Part shown: positions 12,689 to 24,767 of the stretch, piece by piece
Position numbering within the stretch: position 1 is the stretch's first letter
Layout of the letters: every line of letters begins with the position of its first letter
Assembly: GCA_000182565.2 (NCBI GenBank)
Contig: KQ257451.1
Strand: one strand, 5' to 3'
From: Spizellomyces punctatus DAOM BR117
Taxonomy: Eukaryota
Length of the DNA: 64,000 nucleotides
The notes under the pieces: generated by a model
What the model was told of the DNA's origin: nothing
The model's database searches: none
The model's input: only the letters and a program-made list of their open reading frames with translations
Translations under genes and position numbers: made by a program

Positions 12689-14137
12689 ATGAGCTCTCAC
12701 GACCGGTATCAATCGCCACTTACGTCGCGCTATGCGTCGCCGGAGATGGCATACAACTTCTCTGACGATAAAAAGTTTGGCACATGGCGTAGGCTTTGGT
12801 TGACCCTCGCCAATGCCGAGAAGCAGCTTGGTCTGAAGGATATCACCGACGAAGCTTTGAAAGAGATGGAAGAAAACTTGACCAATATCGACTATACGAT
12901 GGCTGCAGCGGAGGAGAAGCGAAGGCGCCACGATGTCATGGCTCACGTTCACACTTTTGGTGTGGCCGCCCCAAAGGCCGCAGGTATCATTCACTTGGGT
13001 GCAACTTCTTGCTATGTCACCGACAACTCGGAGCTCATTATGATGCGGGATGGACTCGATATTCTTCTTCCGAAATTGGCGAGCGCCATTGACAAGCTGG
13101 CCAGCTTTGCCCGGCAGTACAAGGACTTGCCCACGCTTGGCTTCACCCATTTCCAGCCGGCTCAGTTGACGACAGTCGGCAAACGTGCTTCATTGTGGTT
13201 GCAGGATCTCTTGATGGATCTACGCAACATTTCGCGTGCTCGCTTGGATATGAGGTTCCGTGGAGTTAAGGGCACCACCGGAACACAGGCGTCGTTCCTC
13301 ACGTTGTTCGATGGAGACCATGACAAGGTGGAAGAGCTCGATCGCTTGGTTACCGAAATGTCTGGATTTCCCTCCGCATATGCTGTAACGGGACAAACTT
13401 ACAGTCGTAAGGTTGATCTCGATGTATTGAATTCCTTATCATCGTTTGGTGCAACAGCGCATAAAATCGCCACCGATATTCGTCTCTTGGCTCATTTGAA
13501 GGAACTTGAAGAGCCATTCGAGAAGGACCAGATCGGATCTTCTGCCATGGCATACAAGCGGAATCCCATGCGCTCAGAACGTGTGTGTTCCTTGGCGCGC
13601 CACCTGATGACCCTTGTTGGGAACACGCACAATACCGCCGCCGTACAGTGGCTCGAACGAACACTCGATGACTCAGCCAATCGTCGTGTGAGCATTCCGG
13701 AGGCATTCCTCACAGCTGATATTCTTCTCTCTCTGCTGCAAAACATTTTCTCGGGGATGGTCGTATATCCCAAGGTCATTGGTCGGCGCATTGCCCAGGA
13801 GCTTCCCTTCATGGCAACGGAGAATGTGATTATGGCTATGGTGAAGGCCGGAGGAGACAGGCAGGTCTGTCACGAAGAGATCCGAGTTCTCAGTCACCAG
13901 GCGGCCAGAAAGGTCAAAGAAGAGGGCGGCGAGAACGACCTCATTGAGAGGATTCGCGCCGCTCCTTACTTCCAGCCTATCGTCGGCCAATTGGACTCGC
14001 TTCTGGATCCCAAGACCTTCATCGGACGTGCACCGCAGCAGGTTGAGCGGTTCTTGACCTTGGAGGTGGAGCCCGCTTTGAAACCTTTTGCGGATGTGTT
14101 GGCCAAGGGCGTTAAGGAAGTTGAACTGTCTGTCTAA
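12689..14137 (+). CDS. ADE13: Adenylosuccinate lyase
   Basis: 482-aa intronless [56 protein letters not shown] signature. Confidence 0.97.
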   Translation: MSSHDRYQSPLTSRYASPEMAYNFSDDKKFGTWRRLWLTLANAEKQLGLKDITDEALKEMEENLTNIDYTMAAAEEKRRRHDVMAHVHTFGVAAPKAAGIIHLGATSCYVTDNSELIMMRDGLDILLPKLASAIDKLASFARQYKDLPTLGFTHFQPAQLTTVGKRASLWLQDLLMDLRNISRARLDMRFRGVKGTTGTQASFLTLFDGDHDKVEELDRLVTEMSGFPSAYAVTGQTYSRKVDLDVLNSLSSFGATAHKIATDIRLLAHLKELEEPFEKDQIGSSAMAYKRNPMRSERVCSLARHLMTLVGNTHNTAAVQWLERTLDDSANRRVSIPEAFLTADILLSLLQNIFSGMVVYPKVIGRRIAQELPFMATENVIMAMVKAGGDRQVCHEEIRVLSHQAARKVKEEGGENDLIERIRAAPYFQPIVGQLDSLLDPKTFIGRAPQQVERFLTLEVEPALKPFADVLAKGVKEVELSV

Positions 14138-14235
14138 GACTAGCGAACATTCATATTTTCATTGTTTATAGAAGTACAACTGGTTTTTCATCTCATAACT
14201 TGGATGATCCATTGTCTGCTGTCTCTATTTAAACA

Positions 14236-15874
14236 TCACAGCTCTCCAGCGTGACGGGGTGGAGGACCTTGCCGCTCTCTCCCTGGCGGCTCGTCTCCTG
14301 GCCTCTGTCCACCTTCAGCCTCATTTATTCGTATTATTTCAAGTCTCTCTCCTCGCTCTTCTCCTGCTTCTGCTACTGCTCCAGCACGGGCTCGTCTAAC
14401 ATTTTGTTCCGACTTTCCCCGATGCGCTTGCTCTTCATCATCCCCTATAGCTCCCCAAAGGTGGTACAACTCCTCGCGCATGTTCTCAAGTTCCTCCTCT
14501 AGTAGCCCTAGAACAGCGTCTCTCTTACGCAATCGCTCGGCTTCGTCACCCTCCTCGCCATCAAAGTCCAGGTCTCTCAAAAGATCATCATATTTATGAA
14601 GAAGATCCTCCTCGTCTGTGAGTGCGTCGCCTTCTGCATTAAACATAACCGTGTCTAGTAGTTCTTGCAAAGGATCGGTTTCTTCATAGGTATCTGCCAG
14701 TTCTAAAGGTGCAGTTTTAGGCGCTGTGACCGAGGACGATCGATCAGAGTCCTCCAGTGGTTCTTGCAGAGGGTCCTTTGAAGTGGGCGCTGCGTCACGC
14801 GACGGGAACTGAACAATCGGCATCTCAGTTGTTTCAAGAAGCCGGGCATTTTTTTCCTCGTCTGTCAAAACCGGTTGACATTTTATTACCCCCAATTTCA
14901 CATTCCGTTCTACCACTTGCGGGCCAGGTTGAAACCATGATAACTTGCATACTCTATGCGTGTGTATGATCATGACGTAGTTACAAACAGCCATTTCCCG
15001 AACAGAGGAGATATGCTCGTCTGGGCAGCAATGAAATTGTACTTCAATATGTCGCGGTTTGCCTGTCACTTCACAAAGAGTGCCTCCGCCCCAGCGCATT
15101 CGGAGGTAATGTCGTCCCTCATCGTCAAATTCGACGAGGGATACGGAAGCAAATGGTGAAGGGTCGTAACGCAGCATAGATTTGGGTGGCGTACCGAGTA
15201 CGTAGTCAAGAAGAGGGTGCCGTGCCAATTTCCCAGTGAATGAATGATATTGTCGTATTTTTTGAAGATGACAGTATTCGTAGGACCACCATCCTTGGGT
15301 CTGTCCAATATCAATGAGAATAATTGCAGATAAATGATATGAAAACATTCAATGACAAACGGGTTGATTCACGTACATAAGACAAACACTCATTCGCCAA
15401 ACTGCTCAGAGCCACCAACGTCTTTTCTACTTTTGAGCGGTATAGTTGAGGATTCAAGGTTTCGAGAGGTTGTCGTACCAGCGAAGAAGTGGAAGAGGTC
15501 GGTGATGGAAGTTTACATAGGAAGTACTTTGGAATTGTAGCAGAAGGTACGGGGAGGTGCGGTCCTCGACGAAACGGAAACAAAAGAACTTGCGGATTTG
15601 TCTATGCGCAAAACGAGGTAAATGGCTGTGAAGACGTTTTCGAAGAAAATTGCTTGGACTATCCATTAACCTTTTCCAACTCTAATGCCTCACTCTCTGA
15701 TAAAAAATGGGTCCCGTCGCCCTCGTCAACAGTGATTCGGTACCCTCCGAGCGATAGTACATTGTCCGAATACACAAATGCATGACTAACTCGCTCGGAA
15801 GGTGATACAACGCTGGGGGAAGCATGGGCTGCTCCGAGGAACAGAGCGAGAGCAAAGCAAGTGGAAGCTCGCAT
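14236..15874 (-). CDS. YOS9: OS-9/Yos9-like ER lectin (MRH/PRKCSH domain), multi-exon
   Basis: Signal peptide MRASTCFALALFLGAAHA; GWWSYEYCH..IRQYH, YLRMRWGGGTLCEVTGKPRHIEVQFHC, VREMAVCNYVMIIHT; C-terminus ...HAGEL. Confidence 0.8.
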
Positions 15875-16050
15875 GGCAAAAGCCTTGCTATAAATTGAAA
15901 GGCGAAAGCAGGCCTGCAAAGGTGCTGTCTTCGAAAACCACCGCGTTGGACGTGGTGTTGCCTGCAGTTTGCTAAGCCGCTATAATTTCATTTTCACCAG
16001 AAACTGTCTCGAACTGATCGCTGGAATGTCAAACGCATCAGACGATTGTC

Positions 16051-16527
16051 ATGTTTCTAGAAAAGCAGATTCTCGACCATCTCGGTCACTTTATCCGCTC
16101 TCAGGGATATACACCAAACGAACAGGAGGCAACCTGTATCAAGGTCTACGATAATTCACCCATATTCTACACCTTTGCAAACTTTGTCGTATGGGGAAGC
16201 ATGGCTTACTATACCCTTGATATGCGCTCCCTCTTTCCAAAGTCAACACCAACACCGCCAAAGACCGTTCCAGCAGCACTATCCCACCCGTCACGTACGC
16301 CAGTGCCACGGTGGATAACGCTATGGGGTATTGCTGCAATCACCGCTGGGGCCTTCGCCACTACGTATTATACCAGCAAAGTGGCGGCGAGAAGCTGTTT
16401 GCAATGTTTCTTGGATGTGGATAACAAAAAGTCAGAACTATATCTCGCGACCCGTAAGCTATTAGCGGATCACCATCCTGATGCTAAGAAGTTTTTTATG
16501 CAAGAGAAGCGAAAAGAGAGCCTGTAG
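16051..16527 (+). CDS. Hypothetical small membrane protein (two hydrophobic segments)
   Basis: 158-aa ATG ORF with hydrophobic stretches IFYTFANFVVWGSMAYY and WITLWGIAAITAGAFATTYY; no family recognised. Confidence 0.55.
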   Translation: MFLEKQILDHLGHFIRSQGYTPNEQEATCIKVYDNSPIFYTFANFVVWGSMAYYTLDMRSLFPKSTPTPPKTVPAALSHPSRTPVPRWITLWGIAAITAGAFATTYYTSKVAARSCLQCFLDVDNKKSELYLATRKLLADHHPDAKKFFMQEKRKESL

Positions 16528-16893
16528 ATACCTTTTAAATTAGATTATAGCCTAGAGCTTCCGCATTTCGTCAATAATATTTTAAGGGAGGAATGATTCG
16601 ACGATTATGTCTTTTGTTTCCATTTCGAATGGAAGCTACTTATTTCCTGTTTCAGTGGAAATCATCCCCCATTCGTATATTGGAGTAGCATATTCCAATT
16701 CTGGCCACCTGTACAGCAATTGCACCTTTCCCCACAGTCTACGGTATGAGGTTAGCTATCAAAGGATTCATGGGCTTCATAAGAGGATCTCAAGTCTGAA
16801 TGTATTGCAAAGTCCATTTGCAATAAGGATCACATGTTCCCGAAGCTCCCTCGGGCCATCCCAACACCCACCAGACTCTAACTACATAACCTC

Positions 16894-18636
16894 TTAGAAA
16901 AGCTCCATGCCTTGCTCATGTTGCTCCTTAACAAAGATCTCGAAATACTGGATTCGGAAAGGAAGCATCAATAACAAGTCACAACTCCTATAACAATGGC
17001 AGACGTACCTGGTAAATGATCGTCACAGCCAGCAGAATACCTGTACCTGAACCGATCGCTCCCAAAAGGTCTGCCGATACAGACAGCGCGCCAATACAAA
17101 GACCACCGAAAGCAGCAGCAGTTGGAATGATACGCTTCAGCTCCTTGTACATGGATTGGTCACGGTGACCGCGCATTACTAGCTGCTGCTCCTTCAACTG
17201 TCTTGCAACATCTCTAGGGGAGGAACCGGAAACCTCAATCCATGTTTTCGAGAACAGGGCGCATGCGGAGAGCATAAAGGTCACATAGATCACAAAGTGC
17301 ACCGGATCACTCAAGGCCTTTCCAAGATTCTGCGGCGGAGAGATGTAGTAGGCAAAACCACTGGCAGCGTATTCTTGAGGGACGCCCTCAGGACTCTTCC
17401 AAACGCCGAGAAGGCGGACAAGGAGGTTTTCCGGCCAGCGTTTGTACAATAATTGAGAGATAAAGTAGATGTTCGAAACCAGAGCGGACTGCAACATGAT
17501 GGGCATGTTGGACGTGTAGAAGAGCTTGATGGGGTAGTTACCCTGTTGACCACGGAATCGGTTTGACTTCACCGGGATCTCAACACGGAATCCTTGCAAG
17601 TAAATGACTACTGCAAAGACCAAGAGAGTCGCAGCCAGATTCATCAAGTTGGGGAGATTCTGCCTGTACATGGCCTCTTTCAACGCGCGGAACTTGTCGT
17701 GGCGTGTGAACAAGAGATGAAAAAGCGCAACCACAGCGCCCTCGAACTCAGTTCCTGTGAGACACAAAATGTCAGCGACTTCCTTAATGCAAGAAAATTG
17801 AGATCTTCAGTCACCTCGTCCAGTGTTGTAAGTAGTTGGGCTGAAAGCCTTCCAGACAATGGTCTCGCAGATGTTGGTGGCGATGAAGAGAGAGATACCA
17901 GATCCAAGCCCGTAGCCTTTCTGCAGCAATTCGTCCAACAACATAGTGATCAAGGCCGCGATGCAAAGTTGGAGGATCAACAAAATGGAGATGCCTGCTC
18001 CGATGTCCTTAGGGTCGCCGTAAACGCCTGACCAGACAGACACGGTAGCCTGTCCAACGGCGATCACCATGGCAAACACTACAGCGTATCAGTTAGAAGG
18101 TCTCTGAGCAAGAAATATTTATAGATCGAGGCACTTACGTTTCTGCGCTCCGGAGAAAAGGGCCCGATCTTCTTTCAATGAGTAATCGACCTCAATGATG
18201 TTCGCACCAGCCAACAACTGCATTATCATGCCGGAAGTCACAATCGGTGTGATACCCATCTCCATAAGCGTTCCTCGGTTCGAAGCCATAATCACACGGA
18301 GCCAGTACATTGGGTCGGACGTGTCAGAGGACATGATCCCGAAAAGAGGAATTTGGGAGCACACCAGGAAGATGAAAAGCGTGATAGCGGTCCACATGAC
18401 CTTTTCCCGGAACTGCACCTAGAAAGGACAAGAAGAAGACCGCGAATGTTGGTACATATTAACCTCATCCACATTCTTAGAGCGAGCCGTACCTTGCGGT
18501 CTGGTGCAGCGACCTCGGGCATCAGTGAGATGAACGGCCTCAACGCGTGGAGCAAGCGAACTACAAAAAATCGCTACAGTTAATCTACTGGCTTCTAGCT
18601 TGATATATCCCGCCATAACAATTCCTTACACGACAT
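16894..18636 (-). CDS. SEC61: Sec61 translocon alpha subunit, multi-exon
   Basis: [108 protein letters not shown]; stop at 16894. Confidence 0.96.
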
Positions 18637-18900
18637 GATTCCCAGTATACGAGGATTTCAACAAGGGTATGCTGCAAGATGTTCAGCCTGTTTCGCGCGG
18701 CGACAAGCTGATATCTCCGTCACGTAGTCCAACTAAAATTGGACCCAACCAAATCGTCCACGCAAAAACGTCCGCACTACGCACTTCGTTGGAAATGGCA
18801 GATCGCAGGGATGCACAATTTTGAGACGACTGTGCGGCGTGCAAAGCTGCGGGTTGCTGGTCTGCAGTTGTGGCCCAAAGGAAGGATGTGGAGACGATTC

Positions 18901-18980
18901 ATTGGCTGAAATGAGTCACGTGAAGAAATGCACGTGAAATTGTTGCTATAGCAATTCCACACGCTATGCGCGTATAAAAG
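18901..18980 (+). promoter_or_regulatory. H2A promoter: inverted CCAAT (18901), two CACGTG E-boxes (18917, 18931), X-box-like GTTGCTATAGCAAT (18942-18955), TATA box TATAAAAG (18973)
   Basis: Motifs read directly in the SEC61/H2A divergent intergenic region; function inferred. Confidence 0.6.
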
Positions 18981-19109
18981 GGGGCAGCAGCATTATGTTT
19001 TCCCTTCATCGCGTTATTGTCCAATAAACTGCCTTATCTTCTTCATCTGTCGTACTTATCGACGTGTTCTTTCGTTTGAATCGAACGTATCTTCTTACTC
19101 ACACTTGCA

Positions 19110-19667
19110 ATGGCTGGTTCGTATCGTTGTTCTTTTCATTTTTTTCAGGTGGTGTGTGGTGGACACTCATTACCAGGACACTTTCATCTTTCTTAGGAGG
19201 CAAAGGAAAGGCTGGTGCTGAAAAGGCTCCCAAAGGTGGCAAGTCGCGCTCTTCTCGTGCTGGTCTTCAGTTCCCTGTTGGCCGTATCCACCGTCTTCTC
19301 CGCAAGGGCAACTACGCTCAGCGTGTCGGTGCCGGTAAGACGTTGTTTTGTTCTTGCTCTTATTTCGCAGATTTTTAAGGTCAATGGTATTGTAGGTGCA
19401 CCTGTCTACTTGGCTGCGGTGTTGGAATACCTGGCTGCTGAAATTCTAGAGTTGGCAGGCAATGCCGCTCGCGACAACAAGAAGACGCGTATCATTCCTC
19501 GTCATTTGCAATTGGCCATCCGGAACGATGAGGAGCTTAACCGACTTCTCGGCAATGTGACCATTGCTCAAGGTGGTGTCCTCCCCAACATCCACTCTGT
19601 CCTCTTGCCCAAGAAAACCAAGACTGGAAAGGGCGAAAAGGGAGGCTCTCAGAGCCAGGAATACTAG
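19110..19667 (+). CDS. HTA1: Histone H2A (H2A.X-type tail SQEY), 3 exons (19110-19116, 19197-19334, 19396-19667), 138 aa
   Basis: [79 protein letters not shown]. Confidence 0.97.
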
Positions 19668-19683
19668 GCTGTCGGAAAGCCAA

Positions 19684-19699
19684 GGTGTTTTTGAACACC
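19684..19699 (+). promoter_or_regulatory. Histone 3' UTR stem-loop (6-bp stem, 4-nt loop)
   Basis: CCAA-GGTGTT-TTTG-AACACC-C, 16 nt after the H2A stop; basal G-C pairs, top U-A pair, loop U1 and U3 as in the SLBP-binding consensus. Confidence 0.75.
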
Positions 19700-20040
19700 C
19701 GAGTTTTGTATATATGTAGTATGGGTGCCGCCCAAATATGTCTATAAGGAGCTACGCTATCAGCCATTTGCTTGACCCTCTTTCGGCGTGACGATTTGAA
19801 TGTGTTATGATACTTTTGATGATGCTCTTGAGTATCCTTCTTTCTGCCATCTCAGTCCAGTCCTAATAATCATGACAATCTGCATAAAAGGCCGTATGCT
19901 GGAGCAGTTAAAACAGTTTGAGCAGCCAGATTATGCTGGAATGCATTCACGTGAGCACGGATGTTGCCATGGAAGATACAACTGTGTTCAACTGCCCTCT
20001 CTACCAAATGTCCATCGTATGCGACTGATTCCGCGCAAAC

Positions 20041-21992
20041 ATGGCAGAGACATTACCTCCGCCAAGCGCGGCAGAGCGGAAGAAGGCGCAAGACGAGGCA
20101 TTTCGGTTAACGGAACTGGTTGGTGAAATGTCTAATAGTATGCAACTTTTCGGTTTGAACTAACGCATGCGCTATCTGCAAGGTGGTGAACTCTCAGGAA
20201 CGCGAGCTGCGAGTGAATTCTATTCGTATTGAAGGAGTGGACTACACACGTCGGACTATTGTGGAAGATCTTGTCAAGCCAATCTTGGAGTCTCAGAACC
20301 TTGGTGACATTATAGCGGAATCGCGGGAAGCATGCCACCGTCTATCGCGCTTGGGGGTGTTCAAGGACGTGGGAGTCACTCTTGATACACCGACAGATCC
20401 CTATGGTGCAGCAGGAGAGCTTGTGGATGTCGTGCTGACAGTAAAGGAGGGTCCCAGATTGTACGCGCGGACTGGGGCGGACTTTTCCAATTATGATACC
20501 ACAACTGTACGTCGAACTCTCGTGAGATCTGCTATTCTTGTTATTGAGCATCGATATCGTCACTGTAGAATATTACCGCGCGGATATCAAATGCATTTGG
20601 TGCAGGGGAAACTATCGAGGGACATGCCTCTTATGCTGTGCAACCAAACGTCGCGTTGAATGAATCTGCCGCGTCTTTTGCTAGCGAGAGCGGTAGCTAT
20701 TTCCAAGTATGGATGCGACATGTACTTTGAGACGGATGCATGGCGCATAGAGCTGACTGATATGCATGTCCAATAGCTGCTTTTCAGTAAGCCCTTGGTT
20801 CCCAAACCAGTGTTCCAGCGCCCGAATCGCGCCGATCCGGACGCCCGGGTGGAGCTCGCAGCTTACAGTACCAATCGCAACATGTCTCTGTACATGTCAC
20901 ATGAGGAGGAAGCGAAAGGCGGTATTGCCCGCTACAAGGTAAGGGTTTTACGCATCCAACACCTGCTTGGTAGGGCAAGTTCTGAACATATGTGCTTGCA
21001 GACGATAGATCCTTTGAAAGGAACTCATGAATTCAGCTATGACGTGGCATGGAGGCATGTACATAAGGTCACTCAAGACGCATCCTGGAGGTTGGACAGT
21101 TGTTGTTTGTGGGTGTCATGCGTGCGTCCCGCTAATCCACGCAATTTGCAGCATCCGACAAGATGCCGGACATTCCCTCAAGTCGGCTGTTGGCCACACA
21201 TACACCAGGGATCATCGAGACGATTCTATGCTTCCGACGGAAGGATCCTTCATAAAAACGCGTGAGGAATTAGCGGGTCTTGGGGGCGATGTACGATTTG
21301 TGAAGGGGGAGGCAGAGGGACAATGGGCTCATCCACTTGGGGGCGGATTTGTAAGTGAAATGGCACCTTTTTGCTAATATCTGGTATTGAGCTCTTCCTA
21401 ACATCTTTGTCTCTTGATAGAGTTTGACGGCGTCTTTACGTGGTGGACTTTTGCTGCCATTGTTTGGGCAGCGCCCACGGATTAATGACAGGTTCACCTT
21501 GGGAGGTCCAAATACAATACGGGGATTCCGGCAAAGTGGAGTAGGGCCAATGGATAAACGTATGTGAAATCTCGACAATACGCCGTTCTTTTTTCTTACA
21601 ATTCTCTGCAGAGGACGCAGTCGGGGGTGATGCATACTGGGCTGGCGGTTTAAGCTTGTTCACACCCTTGCCGTATCTGATAAATAAGCCGCTGAAGGGA
21701 CACGTATTCGTCAATGGGGGTAGTTTAGCTCCCGTTAACACACGTATGTTGCGCGCACTTGGGGGCTTCCGTCTAAAAACTGAAATTGACACATTTGTTG
21801 ACTGTAGGTGACACACTCGAAAACAATGCCAGAAATTTAATTCGTTCCCCGAGCGTTTCAGCAGGATTAGGACTCGCAGTGCGGTTTAGTATACTGCGGC
21901 TAGAACTCAACTACTGTCTTCCTCTTACAGCAACCACCACTGATGTAGCAAAGCCTGGCTTTCAATTTGGCATAGGCATTACATATATGTAA
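20041..21992 (+). CDS. SAM50: Sam50/Tob55 mitochondrial outer-membrane Omp85 protein, multi-exon
   Basis: POTRA-like region (VNSIRIEGVDYTRR..LSRLGVFKDV), SIRQDAGHSLKSAVGH, DRFTLGGP..IRGF, GLAVRFSILRLELNY..FQFGIGITYM beta-signal. Confidence 0.92.
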
Positions 21993-22137
21993 CATTGAAA
22001 TAGATTTGCAACTCTGTCGAGTCATCTGATTATGGGAACATGTGCTTATGATTGCATCGATAGTGCAGGCTCGGTAGTCGTATTGTGCAATCGACTAGGG
22101 GTACCATAGCCAAGTGCTGACAATCCACTGGTTTCAT

Positions 22138-22971
22138 TCACCATTCAAGGTCTTCTGGACGGACGGGGTGTGGTAAGGGAACGATACTCTCTTTATTGAC
22201 ATCTCGTGGTAGCGCTTTCCGCATATCTAGGGATCGTCGAAATGAAGTCAGTCGTATCATTTAGACGTACAGACAGGGCAACCATCTACTCACCAAATGC
22301 ATCTTCCGAGTTGGCACCAGAATAGTACTGTAGAACCCGCCGGTAGACACTATACCCGAACTTCTCGTACATGCCTATCGCAACGCTATTTGACACTCGA
22401 ACGAACAAATCGACAAAATACGCATTATATCTGTGAAAAGGGATTAGAATGGTGCATAAGTTCATAGACGTTGCATCATACGTACATCTTCTCGGATACT
22501 GTCTCTAATATGCCCATGAGCTTGTCGGCTAGCCCAAGTCTTCGAAATTCTGGTGCAACAGTCACCGCCGTAACGTGTCCATGCCAAAGCTTCCCAGTAC
22601 CTTCAGCCTTTCCCATAACTACAATAAAGTTAGTAAGCGTGGTGCTATCGGCGTCCCCAAAAAAAACGTACTATATCCCATGCAGGCATTGTTTGGCGCT
22701 TCTGCAGCGACAAAGTAGTCTGGCCATTGTGCCAGATATTGTAGATAGAAGGAAATATTATACTAGAGTAAGCCGGTTAGGTTTCTCTTATAGCCGTATG
22801 AAATGAGACGGGAAGACGACATTATACCGTTTCAGTCAGCGGGTCTAAGTTGCTATGACGCAAATATCGTTCAGCACGGAGGCGATTCCAGGTATGACAT
22901 TGAGGGCCAATCTCTTACACATTGTTAAACCGAAAAAGATCGTCAGCAACAAATCGCCGTAGCGTGGTCAT
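22138..22971 (-). CDS. NAT3: NatB N-terminal acetyltransferase catalytic subunit (NAA20), multi-exon
   Basis: MTTLRRFVADDLFRFNN|NLDPLTET, MGKAEG..WHGHVTAVTVAPEFRRLGLA, YFVDLFVRVSNSVAIGMYEKFGYSVYRRVLQYY, DMRKALPRD; missed by the ORF track. Confidence 0.92.
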
Positions 22972-23111
22972 TGTTTGAAATGTTGCGAGTTCAAAATCGC
23001 GATCTCCGGTGCTTGAAGGTCTTGTTGCTATAGCACGTGCCATGCTTACGGGATGTCGATCTGAAGGGTTTGCTCACCTACTTTGGTTTTCCGACACCAA
23101 CGAGAACCGTA

Positions 23112-24631
23112 ATGTCCCAAGTTGCCCGCATCCTCCTTGTATCGGATGTACACTCAAAGGTCGATAATGTTCATCGCCTGGCAATGTGCCTGCAGCGACG
23201 GAATGTGAAGTAAGTAGGTTTTGGCTAGCCGTCCCAGCTGCAAGAGTTCGCCCTGTTTTACGAGGTTAGCGAAAGCCTTTCTTTTGGCCACTGTTTTTGA
23301 CATTATTGGTACTCTTTCCAGGCCAGATTTGATTGTACTCTGTGGAGATTTGGTAAACAGCAATCATGACTACGATTCTTTCTCATTATCGTCGGGGATC
23401 TCTACGAGTCGAAAGGATGCCAGCTCGAACCCGACTATTAGTAGCCCGTTCCAGGAGGCCGCCGATACCTTGGCACGAATGCGCCGACAGCAAGAAGAAA
23501 CAGAGTTCCGAGCTATACTTCACGGCTTGGGAGGAGTATCCAAGAATATCTTTTACATACCTGGTTAGTATGGCCACATGGTGTGTTAGGCCACTTTGTT
23601 ACCATCAACCTATAACTCACGGATTAGCTGAACAGGCAATCACGATCCATCCGAAGCGTTCCCCGACATGCACCCCACCACTTCGGTTACAGCAGACGAA
23701 ACCGAGACTTCAGCTGCAGCCCGTCCGTTGTGGTATCGCATGCAAGTGGCCACGGGTGCTATCAATTTCCATCAGCGCCTAGTACGCTTGGGTGAGTAAC
23801 ATGCCACAATTTGGCAACAGGAGTGCATCTACTTATCAATGAACGGCATATTAGCACCAAATCTAATACTGGCTGGCTTTGGTGGATCGGTTCCCCAAAC
23901 ATTACGAGGACACCAAAAGATTGTCCACGCTGGTAAGCCAAAATAATATAGACATTGTCTCATAAGATGACTAATACGTGGGTTACCATAAATTGTGGCG
24001 ATTGTGTAGGATATCCATACACTGAAAAACAGATGAGACAAGGGGTGCATGCTTTGCTAAAACAAAAGCGACCCATGCTGCCAAATGTTCAAGATGTCAT
24101 CAAAAGTGGCTATGATAGATCAAAAGCGATTCCACCCAATAATGATCCTGATGTTCACATTTTGGTGACACACTGTGGGCCAGCCAGCACTGGTAAGTCC
24201 GATGTTAGCTTTGGCGTGAACGCACAGAATAGTGGTGGCTTAAGGCAGGCACAGGGACCACCGATATAAACAAAACTCCGTTTGATGAGAAAACAACTCG
24301 ATTGGAGTCCGGTAGTCGTGAACTGCAAGAGCTGCTGTCATCTCGATTCTATCAGGGTGTCGAAGAAGTTCCTGTTATACCTAAATCCCCATCTCTGGCT
24401 GCCCGTCCAGCTCCTCCCAGTACGCCTTCAAAAGTGTCGCCAAATCTACTTTTCCACGTACATGGGCATTCGCACTCTGCGTGGGGCGTCTCGCACCTCG
24501 GAAAAATACCAGTCATAAATCCTGGTCCGCTTCGGGACGGAAGATTTGCAATCGCCACTATTGAGCATGGTCTAGGATTAGGGTTGGTAAGGCGGTGGAT
24601 ATTATCTTCACTAGAGTTCGCTACTGTATAG
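23112..24631 (+). CDS. Calcineurin-like metallophosphoesterase, multi-exon
   Basis: Ordered motifs SDVH, LCGDL, PG|NHD, LVTHCGP, HVHGHSH, INPGPL. Confidence 0.82.
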
Positions 24632-24767
24632 ATAGTAGACATTACAATTTGCTGTTACGTAGATCGGTACAGATGCGCATCAACCCATGTTAATACTGTA
24701 TATAAATTCTCATGCCACTCTAACCACAAGTCGATATGAAGAATCTAAACTAATTTGGCTGTTTGGT

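Noticed and set aside
14236-14253. C-terminal AGEL of Yos9-like protein as a novel ER-retention signal
   Set aside because: Single instance; xxEL variants are common and cannot be tested from sequence.
19644-19656. GGCTCT-C-AGAGCC, identical to the arms of the vertebrate histone stem-loop
   Set aside because: Lies inside the H2A coding sequence (GSQSQ) with a 1-nt loop; cannot form the canonical structure.
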